From the NCBI GenBank assembly GCA_947626155.1, contig CANQRC010000002.1, positions 1,322 through 65,321 on the forward strand: a stretch of 64,000 nucleotides of DNA, given 5' to 3'. Numbering within the stretch: the stretch's first letter is position 1; every line of letters starts with the position of its first letter. Both the position numbers and the translations under genes were made by a program. The notes under the pieces were generated by a model. It was not told the DNA's origin and did no database searches. It saw only the letters and a program-made list of their open reading frames with translations. This DNA is from an uncultured Clostridia bacterium. GTDB taxonomy: Bacteria; Bacillota; Clostridia; Christensenellales; UBA1242. Below are positions 57,925 through 64,000 of this stretch, one piece after another.

Positions 57925-58320
57925 TCAGCCGTCGTGACGGTGAAATTCTGTCAGTTTTATTCCATAAAGTTTTCTTTGCTCTTCAACATAAGTTGAAATC
58001 ATGTCGCGAACCCTGTATGGATTTTTTACATTTTTAAGCACAAAAGTTGGCTTTGTTTCATCATTGCTATAAAGCGTAATTACGCCAGTGTTGAAAATCT
58101 TTCCAAACAAAGATTGATGAAAGTCAATGTCACAGACTCTGTAAATGTTTACTTCATCAATGCTGGAAAACAAAAGCCCAACATTTGAAAAAATTTTAAA
58201 CCACGCGCCAGGCTTTCTTACAAGTTGATATCTTGTAAAAGAAAGTGGAAGCCCACAAAATCTTTTTCTATCTTCCCAAACAAGTTCTGCGCCGTCGCCA
58301 TATTGCTTTTGAACGTCCAT
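57925..58320 (-). CDS. bacterial PH-domain (bPH_2-like) protein
   Basis: 'YRVCDIDFHQSLFGKIFNTGVITLYSND...FVLKNVKNPYRVRDMI' fits the bPH_2 pattern. I chose the ATG at 58320, which follows 'gaggtg'. Confidence 0.6.
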   Translation of the reverse strand: MDVQKQYGDGAELVWEDRKRFCGLPLSFTRYQLVRKPGAWFKIFSNVGLLFSSIDEVNIYRVCDIDFHQSLFGKIFNTGVITLYSNDETKPTFVLKNVKNPYRVRDMISTYVEEQRKLYGIKLTEFHRHDG

Positions 58321-58400
58321 AAAACACCTCACTTATTGTTATGATAAAATAAAAAAGACAAAAAGTAAAGGGTTTTTAAAAAATTTTTCCCATTTTTAAC

Positions 58401-58434
58401 AAAAAAATCCTGCAGACGAGTGCAGGAATTTTTT
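58401..58434. terminator. bidirectional intrinsic terminator downstream of the Cys-rich gene
   Basis: aaaaaaaTCCTGCA-gacgag-TGCAGGAatttttt. Confidence 0.8.
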
Positions 58435-58444
58435 GCGAGAACAA

Positions 58445-58657
58445 TTAGTTGTTGCAGCAAGAATTGTTTCCGCAGCCAGAGAGCAGAAGCAAGAACAAGA
58501 GAGTTCCACAGTCAATGCAGATTTCTCCGCCCTTGAAGCCGCCAAAACCACATCCGCAGTTTTGCAAGAGCAAAAGTAAGAAAATGAGTGAGCAGCAGTC
58601 ATTATTAGAGCCGCAGTTTCCTACATTGCCACAATTTGAGCCTCCAAAAAAGTTCAT
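58445..58657 (-). CDS. tiny Cys/Gly-rich protein with two short Leu-rich cores (YjcZ-like?)
   Basis: Strong RBS 'aggaggcacaaATG'. The 70-aa product 'MNFFGGSNCGNVGNCGSNNDCCSLIFLLLLLQNCGCGFGGFKGGEICIDCGTLLFLLLLSGCGNNSCCNN' has 13 Cys. Confidence 0.65.
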   Translation of the reverse strand: MNFFGGSNCGNVGNCGSNNDCCSLIFLLLLLQNCGCGFGGFKGGEICIDCGTLLFLLLLSGCGNNSCCNN

Positions 58658-58815
58658 TTGTGCCTCCTAAAAAAATTTCTTATGTAAACGACTTTTCATT
58701 TTGTGCATTAAAACACTTGCACATTACAATGTATTTAAATTTCACAAAAAATGTTCATAGTGAGGGAAATTTTAGAAAGACCTTGCCAAATTAAATGGTT
58801 TTGTGCGCAATTTTT

Positions 58816-58844
58816 TTGACTTTTTTTTGCATATTTGTTAAGAT
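58816..58844 (+). promoter_or_regulatory. candidate sigma-A promoter (extended -10) of the SPFH / ESCRT-III-like / Vps4-like operon
   Basis: TTGACT (58816-58821), a 17-nt spacer carrying TG at 58836-58837, then TAAGAT (58839-58844). Confidence 0.5.
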
Positions 58845-58876
58845 TTTAATGGATAAGAATATCTATTAGGGGTTTT

Positions 58877-59692
58877 ATGGAACAAAATATCATCACTTTT
58901 AATGGCAGCAACGAAAAACTTTTATCAAGATATGTGGTAAAAGACCTTTCTTTGAAGCCTGCTTTAATTGTGCCAGAAACACACAACGCCATTTTGATTA
59001 AAGACGGGCAAATGCTTCAAACTCTCTCTTCGGGAAAGTATCAACTCACAGATTTTTTAGATGTTAAAACCGAACTTGATAGCAACATTGAAATTTTGTT
59101 CATGAGCAAAACGGCAAAACTAAAACTTTTGTGGGGCACGGCAAACAAACTGCTTATGTTCGACGAGGGCGCAGGAGACAACTATCACCTTGGCCTTTCG
59201 GGGGACTTTGAGGTTCAGGTTGGAGACCCAAGAAAGTGTTATCTTTATCTTGTTGGCGTGTCGGACGACCTTACTTCTGACGCCCTTCAAGAGAGGCTTA
59301 TGTCCAATGTTGTTTCGGTTGTTGAAACGGTGATTGTGGACTATGTAAATGAAAACAAAATTCCTTTCAACAAAATTTCCACTTACAAAAAAGATATGTC
59401 CCAAAAGGTTTTGACGGCGCTCTCCCACAAACTTATGAGCGAGTATGGGATTGCGGTTTTTTCCTTTAATATTGCAAACATTATCATTGACAGGGAAGAG
59501 CTTGACCGCCTGAACGCAAAACTTAAAAACGAAAAAATCATCTGTTCCGGCTGCGGAGCTGAACTTCATGAGGGCGACAAATTCTGTCCCAAGTGCGGAA
59601 AAAGCACATCTAAAACACAAAATTGCCCAAATTGCGGCGCGGAAGTGCCAGACGGCTCTGCGTTCTGCCCGGGCTGCGGACAAAAACTTTAA
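58877..59692 (+). CDS. SPFH (Band_7_1, YdjI-like) domain protein with a C-terminal double zinc ribbon
   Basis: 'LIVPETHNAILIKDGQ..LSSGKYQL', 'LLWGTANKLLMFD', 'LGLSGDFEVQVGDPRK' and 'MSEYGIAVFSFNIANIII' follow the YdjI/'virion core protein-like' SPFH pattern. The tail is 'CSGCG..FCPKCG....CPNCG..FCPGCG'. Confidence 0.75.
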   Translation: MEQNIITFNGSNEKLLSRYVVKDLSLKPALIVPETHNAILIKDGQMLQTLSSGKYQLTDFLDVKTELDSNIEILFMSKTAKLKLLWGTANKLLMFDEGAGDNYHLGLSGDFEVQVGDPRKCYLYLVGVSDDLTSDALQERLMSNVVSVVETVIVDYVNENKIPFNKISTYKKDMSQKVLTALSHKLMSEYGIAVFSFNIANIIIDREELDRLNAKLKNEKIICSGCGAELHEGDKFCPKCGKSTSKTQNCPNCGAEVPDGSAFCPGCGQKL

Positions 59693-59701
59693 GGAGGGGT
59701 T

Positions 59702-60112
59702 ATGCCAATTGCTTTATACATTATAATCATTCTTGCCATTGTGGGCTTTGCGGTTTTTTATGTGGTTAGAGAATACATAAAAAAGCCACGCGACGAGGCA
59801 AAGGCAGGAAGCCGAGGAATTTTGAAAAATAAGAAAGAAATTGAAAACATGGTTGCAAATGTGGAGAGCATTATTGTTTATGCAAACGGAAACGACACAC
59901 TTTGCAGACGGCTTGTTGAGGTTAAGGACAACATCAGGTTTTTCAACCCAACCACAAATGACAAAGTGCTTCTTGTTGACAACAAAATTAAAAACAGGCT
60001 GGACGATTTGAAAATTATGGTGGCAAAGGACAACACTCAAGAGACCTGTTTTAGGGTTTTGGAAGAGGTTGAGGCATACATTGTGCAAAGAAAGAAGGAA
60101 GAACAAGACTGA
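59702..60112 (+). CDS. single-pass membrane protein (136 aa)
   Basis: N-terminal TM helix 'PIALYIIIILAIVGFAVFYVV', then a charged helical domain. RBS 'aaggagggg'. Confidence 0.65.
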   Translation: MPIALYIIIILAIVGFAVFYVVREYIKKPRDEAKAGSRGILKNKKEIENMVANVESIIVYANGNDTLCRRLVEVKDNIRFFNPTTNDKVLLVDNKIKNRLDDLKIMVAKDNTQETCFRVLEEVEAYIVQRKKEEQD

Positions 60113-60471
60113 TGAAAAGAACCTATCAAATCTCCGCGGATGTTGACCCAAGCGTGAAAGAGCGCGCAGAGAAGGAGTTGCAACTTGGCTATTTAAACTT
60201 GTCGGACGGCTTTTTTGAGCAGGCGGAAATGAACTTTAATGTCACGCTTTCGGTAGACCCCAATTGCGCGGACGCATATTGGGGCTTGATGCTGATTAAA
60301 CTTGGGCTGAAAAATGAGGACGAACTGTTTTCGGATGCGCTGAAATTTAGGTCTGCTCCGTTTTTGCCAGAGTGCGAAAAAGCCTTGGCGCTTGCGGATG
60401 AAGGGCTTAAAAACAAATATAATTCTTTGCTTGAAAGAATTTACAGCATAAATGAAGGCGACAAATATTAG
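60112..60471 (+). CDS. TPR-like helical-repeat protein (119 aa)
   Basis: The start overlaps the upstream stop (TGATG). 'FFEQAEMNFNVTLSVDPNCADAYWGLMLIKLGLKNEDELF' is a TPR-like hairpin. Confidence 0.6.
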   Translation: MKRTYQISADVDPSVKERAEKELQLGYLNLSDGFFEQAEMNFNVTLSVDPNCADAYWGLMLIKLGLKNEDELFSDALKFRSAPFLPECEKALALADEGLKNKYNSLLERIYSINEGDKY

Positions 60472-60480
60472 GAGGAAGTT

Positions 60481-61089
60481 ATGTGGAATCCGTTTAAACG
60501 AAACAAATTCAAAAACCTAAACCGAGAGGACTTGGTGAACTCTATTTGCGAACTTGAAAGGCAGGAGAGGACTGTTGAGGCGGAAGTTTTGCAAAAGATA
60601 AAAGAAATTGACGCGCTTATGGAAAAGGGCAAGAAAGAAAAAAGCAGAGAACTCCAACTTTTTTATGCAAAGAAAATTTCAAACATAAATGAAGAGAAAA
60701 AGGTTTGCATGGAAAGAGGAATGTATCTTCTTTACAACATAAGGCTGATGAACAGGCTCAAAGACGCCTACGACAGCAACAATTTTTATAAAACCCAAAC
60801 AAAAGTGCCACTTTCAGAGCTTTTGCAGGACCAAAAACAACTTGCCAAATTTTTGAATAAGGCGCTTGTCACAAGGACGGCCTCGGAGGATGTGCTTACC
60901 AGCGCTGACGAACTTTTCACAGAAGTTCAGGCGGCATATGACACAAATGAAACAATTTATGGCGTGGGCGCAACCGAGGAAGAAATTTTGACAATGTTTG
61001 AAAAAGAAAATCAGCTTAATGATGAACTTCTTGCTGAAGGAGAAAAGCAAGAGCCAATCAAAAGAAAAAAACAAAAAATGGAGGAGTAA
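60481..61089 (+). CDS. Snf7/ESCRT-III-like coiled-coil protein (paralogue 1)
   Basis: Basic N-terminus, a long helical hairpin '..EAEVLQKIKEIDALMEKGKKEKSRELQLFYAKKISNINEEKKVCMERGMYLLYNIRLMNRL..', and an acidic C-terminal helix. RBS 'aggagg'. Confidence 0.55.
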   Translation: MWNPFKRNKFKNLNREDLVNSICELERQERTVEAEVLQKIKEIDALMEKGKKEKSRELQLFYAKKISNINEEKKVCMERGMYLLYNIRLMNRLKDAYDSNNFYKTQTKVPLSELLQDQKQLAKFLNKALVTRTASEDVLTSADELFTEVQAAYDTNETIYGVGATEEEILTMFEKENQLNDELLAEGEKQEPIKRKKQKMEE

Positions 61090-61092
61090 AAA

Positions 61093-61686
61093 ATGGGAAT
61101 TTTTAAGTCGAAACAACAAAAAGAAATTGAGAAAAAGATGTTGATTAAAAGAACAATCAACACAATGAACAAGCAGATAAACCGCTTGGAAGAACAAAAG
61201 AAAGTGTTTATTGAGGCGGCAAAAAAAGCAAAAATCAAGGGCCTTGACGCACAGTTTAACCTTGCGCTTTCTGGCTACAAAATGACGGTGCAACAACAAA
61301 AGCGCGCACAAGAGATGCTTTTAAACTTTGAAATTACCGCTCAAATGAAAGATGTCACAATGATGACAAGCGAATTTTTGCGCGGCATGAGCGACATTTC
61401 AAAAGAGATGTCAAAACTTGCTGATGCAAAAGAATTTGCAAAAATTCAGGCTCAGTTTGAGGAGGCAATGGTTGCCGTTGAAACTCAAACCGACCAAATG
61501 GACAACTTCATGGAGATGAGCCAAGAGACTTTTTACAACGCCGGCAAAGATAAAAGCGGCAAAGACATGAGCGATGAGGAACTTGAAAAGTTTATCATGG
61601 AGCAAGCCAGCCAAGACGAACTTTCTTCTGAGAACATTGACAAAGAAATGGAAGAGTTGAGAAAGAAAATTGACTCAGAAAACTAA
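61093..61686 (+). CDS. Snf7/ESCRT-III-like protein (paralogue 2, CHMP2/Vps2-like pattern)
   Basis: 'NKQINRLEEQKKVFIEAAKKAKIKGLDAQFNLALSGYKMTVQQQKR...MKDVTMMTSEFLRGMSDISKEM...FAKIQAQFEEAMVAVETQTDQMDNFM' parallels the CHMP2 pattern 'reldRE..klE.qEKK...dIKK.AK.G......A..lV..r.......M.gvtkaM..m......iqkim.eFe.q.e.md..ee.M'. It has an acidic tail. Confidence 0.65.
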   Translation: MGIFKSKQQKEIEKKMLIKRTINTMNKQINRLEEQKKVFIEAAKKAKIKGLDAQFNLALSGYKMTVQQQKRAQEMLLNFEITAQMKDVTMMTSEFLRGMSDISKEMSKLADAKEFAKIQAQFEEAMVAVETQTDQMDNFMEMSQETFYNAGKDKSGKDMSDEELEKFIMEQASQDELSSENIDKEMEELRKKIDSEN

Positions 61687-61697
61687 ACGGGAGAAAA

Positions 61698-62831
61698 ATG
61701 AAAGAAGAAAACATTGATGTGCTTTCAGACACATTCGAACTTTACATGAAAAAGGGTAAAGAGGCAAAGGACAAGGGAAATGTTGCCCTTGCCAAGCGTA
61801 ATTTTTTGCTTGCCGGCGAGACCATGATGAAAATGGCAAAGATAAGCCAGGGAAAACTTAAAGAAGTTAGAATGGAGCGCGCAAGAAGGCTTGTTGAAAT
61901 TTCTGACAACCTCCAAAAGCACCCAATTTCCAGCGGTGGCAAAAAGAATGAAAAAACTGATGCAGACGAGGATGACGACCTTAAAAAGTGGCAGGCTGCG
62001 GAAATTCCAAACATCAGCTTTGATGATGTTGCCGGGCTTGAAGATGTTAAAAAAGCCATCACTTTGAAGATGATAAATCCCGTGAAATATCCCGACAAAT
62101 ATAAGTTATACAACAAAAAGACGGGCGGCGGCGTTTTGCTTTATGGCCCACCCGGCACAGGGAAAACGATGATAGCAAAGGCCATTGCAAACGAGGTTAA
62201 AGCCAAGTTTTATGCCGTTAAAGGCTCGGACATTGTCAGCAAGTGGGTTGGCGACAGCGAAAAGAACATAAACTCGCTTTTTGCTGAGGCTAACAAACAG
62301 GAGCGCGCCATAATTTTTATTGACGAAATGGACAGTTTGATTGGCAAGCGCGGCGTGGACACTCACAACGACAAGCGCGTCAACGAGTTTTTGCAACAAA
62401 TTGACGGCTTTTCTGGGAAAAATCCAAACCTCTTGCTTTTGGGCGCAACAAACAGGCCTTGGGATATTGATAGCGCCGCAATGCGTTCGGGAAGATTTTC
62501 TCAAAAAATATATTTGCCACTTCCTGACGCGGCGGCAAGAAAATTTATGCTTGAAAAAAACATGAAAAACGTGCCTGTTGAAAAGGATTTTAACATAGAC
62601 AAAATTGTTGAAAAAACAGAGGGCTACAGCGGGGCGGACATTGAAGAACTTTGTGACCGCGCCAAAGACGAGCCGCTTTTGGAGGCAATCAAAACCGATA
62701 AAGTTGTGCTTGTGTCAAACAAAAATTTTGATAGCGTGCTTGAAACTTTTCCGCCAAGCGTAACGGAAAAGGAAGTAAAGCAGTTTGAGGCCTATAACGA
62801 GGAACTTGGGCTTGTAAAAAAGAAAAAGTAG
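61698..62831 (+). CDS. Vps4/CdvC-like AAA+ ATPase with a MIT-like N-terminal domain
   Basis: Walker A 'GPPGTGKT'. Pore loop 'SKWVGDSEK' (compare Vps4 'SKWMGESEK'). Walker B 'IIFIDEMD'. SRH 'GATNRPWDIDSAAMRSGRF..IYLPLPD' (compare Vps4 'GATNIPWQLDSAIRRRF..IYIPLPD'). The N-terminal 70 aa form helical hairpins: 'MKKGKEAKDKGNVALAKRNFLLAGETMMKMAK..RMERARRLVEISDNLQK'. Confidence 0.8.
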   Translation: MKEENIDVLSDTFELYMKKGKEAKDKGNVALAKRNFLLAGETMMKMAKISQGKLKEVRMERARRLVEISDNLQKHPISSGGKKNEKTDADEDDDLKKWQAAEIPNISFDDVAGLEDVKKAITLKMINPVKYPDKYKLYNKKTGGGVLLYGPPGTGKTMIAKAIANEVKAKFYAVKGSDIVSKWVGDSEKNINSLFAEANKQERAIIFIDEMDSLIGKRGVDTHNDKRVNEFLQQIDGFSGKNPNLLLLGATNRPWDIDSAAMRSGRFSQKIYLPLPDAAARKFMLEKNMKNVPVEKDFNIDKIVEKTEGYSGADIEELCDRAKDEPLLEAIKTDKVVLVSNKNFDSVLETFPPSVTEKEVKQFEAYNEELGLVKKKK

Positions 62832-62838
62832 GAAATTT

Positions 62839-64000
62839 ATGAGAGAGCGTGTTTGTAAAAATTGTGGAGGAAGGTCATATAAAGTGGTTGGGCAGAACAT
62901 GGTCAAATGCCGTTTCTGTGGCACTTTGTATGTTGACGAACACGCATCAAAAGAGGAAGAAGTTTTGGTCATTGGCGCAAACGAAATTGCCCGCGCGCTG
63001 AGATTTGATGATGCAGTTGACGAATTTAACAAAATCCTCACACTTTTTCCACTTTCTTTTGAGGGGCATTTTGGACGTGCGCTTGCAAGAAACAAAATTG
63101 TGCTTTACACAAACAAAAGAGGCACGGGCAGAAGCCCTCGCTTTTTTGACAAGGTGACAAACCTTTTTGATGACCCCGACTTTAAAAGGGCGGTGGAACT
63201 TGCGCCTGAGGAGACGGCAAAAACTTACAACGACCTTGCAAAAAAAGTTGAAAAATACAAAAGACAATATGAAGAATTTGACCAATCTTTTGACATTTTG
63301 GTTGCGCCAACTTCTTATGATAAAAATAATCCAAGCCCAGCAATAACGGGGCTTGTAGAAAAACTGAGGCAGGACAAAAGCGTTTATCTTTTGCCAGAGA
63401 ATGGCGAAAAAGAGCCTCGGCTTTTCCGCGCGCTTGAAACAAGCAAGGCGCTGGTGTTGATAAACGAGAAAAACGCTGATTTTGGAGAAGTTAAAAGTGT
63501 TTTTGACAGATATTTTTATTTTATAACCCAAAAGAAAAAGGCCAAAAGCAGCCTTATTATTGCAGTTGATGAAAATAGAGTGCAGAAAAAAGATTTGCCA
63601 AAAGAATATTTAAACTTCAACCTTGCCTCTGTTGGCGACATGGACGAACTTGCCCAAACCGTTTTGGATGAGGCGGAGCGCACGGCAAAAGAGGTGGCAA
63701 AAATTGACACCGTCACGCTTTCAACTGACGAGCCTGTCAAGAAAAAGCAAGTTGAAATTCAAACAATAAATCCTGTTGACCTTGGCCACTATGAGGTTGA
63801 AAATATGCCTCTCAGCGCGGCGAACATGGTGGATTGGATTTTTCTGCTTTTAAAAAATGGCGACTTTGAAACGGCGGACGCGCTGATTAAGAAAGAACTT
63901 GAAAAGGACGAAAACAACGCCAATCTTCTTTTTGCCAAACTTATGTCCTCGCGAAAAATTAAGACAGAGGAAGAGTTTTTTGCCAGCATTTCAAACTTCC
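62839..64000 (+). CDS. zinc-ribbon / TPR-like protein with a central alpha/beta region, 3'-truncated by the window edge
   Basis: This ORF is absent from the ORF track because no stop falls inside the window. I translated 387 codons from the ATG at 62839 and found no stop. The N-terminus 'CKNCGG...CRFCG' is followed by TPR-like hairpins. Confidence 0.7.
   Translation, partial: MRERVCKNCGGRSYKVVGQNMVKCRFCGTLYVDEHASKEEEVLVIGANEIARALRFDDAVDEFNKILTLFPLSFEGHFGRALARNKIVLYTNKRGTGRSPRFFDKVTNLFDDPDFKRAVELAPEETAKTYNDLAKKVEKYKRQYEEFDQSFDILVAPTSYDKNNPSPAITGLVEKLRQDKSVYLLPENGEKEPRLFRALETSKALVLINEKNADFGEVKSVFDRYFYFITQKKKAKSSLIIAVDENRVQKKDLPKEYLNFNLASVGDMDELAQTVLDEAERTAKEVAKIDTVTLSTDEPVKKKQVEIQTINPVDLGHYEVENMPLSAANMVDWIFLLLKNGDFETADALIKKELEKDENNANLLFAKLMSSRKIKTEEEFFASISNF

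Noticed and set aside
58449-58670. A plus-strand 73-aa ORF and a second minus-strand 68-aa ORF (58396-58602), both overlapping the Cys-rich gene.
   Set aside because: Only the minus-strand 70-aa frame (58445-58657) has a consensus RBS (aggagg-N5-ATG) and is followed by the terminator hairpin.
62947-63531. A 194-aa minus-strand ORF (and 62715-63095) at the end of the window.
   Set aside because: The plus-strand frame from the ATG at 62839 is open to the window edge, continues the operon and has zinc-ribbon and TPR-like features. It is missing from the ORF track only because it has no stop inside the window.
1-64000. tRNA, rRNA, transposase, integrase or prophage boundaries.
   Set aside because: I recognised none in the ORF translations or the intergenic sequence. 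The NlpC/P60 fragment and the YolD/polymerase pair hint at a mobile origin but have no flanking recombinase or repeats in this window.

Overview
This is a bacterial chromosomal window that looks like it comes from a Firmicutes or Clostridia-type gut anaerobe. The signals for that are GGAGG ribosome-binding sites, TTGACA-17/18-TAAAAT promoters, an S-box riboswitch, NrdR boxes, a YolD/Y-family polymerase pair and a bile-salt hydrolase. I saw no rRNA, tRNA, CRISPR array, transposase or integrase.

More than half of the window (about 14.7-48.6 kb) is one uninterrupted gene for a protein of roughly 11,300 aa. It has a signal peptide, about 65 Listeria-Bacteroides (Flg_new / InlB B-repeat) modules, several lectin/CBM-like jelly-roll inserts, MucBP-like modules and a C-terminal transmembrane tail anchor.

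The flanking genes are mostly housekeeping:
- Nucleotide metabolism: tdk, nrdDG, dut, tmk.
- metK behind a SAM-I riboswitch, plus mscL and a ZIP transporter.
- A divergent glycerol/glycerolipid locus: glpK, an alpha/beta hydrolase and a YhhN protein on one strand, facing a three-gene glycerol-3-phosphate dehydrogenase cluster.

The most unusual locus is at the 3' end (58.8 kb to the window edge). It is a tightly coupled operon of at least seven genes:
- a YdjI-like SPFH protein with a double zinc ribbon,
- a small single-pass membrane protein,
- a TPR-like protein,
- two Snf7/ESCRT-III-like proteins,
- a Vps4-like AAA+ ATPase with a MIT-like N-terminus,
- a truncated zinc-ribbon/TPR protein.
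Together these look like a candidate bacterial ESCRT-III/Vps4-type membrane-remodelling module.

Other oddities are a cluster of inverted short repeats upstream of the giant gene, a tiny tandem Cys/Gly-rich protein, a frameshifted dehydrogenase, a candidate leaderless lipoprotein mRNA and helically phased A-tract arrays. All calls come from reading the sequence and the translations by eye. No database search was possible.
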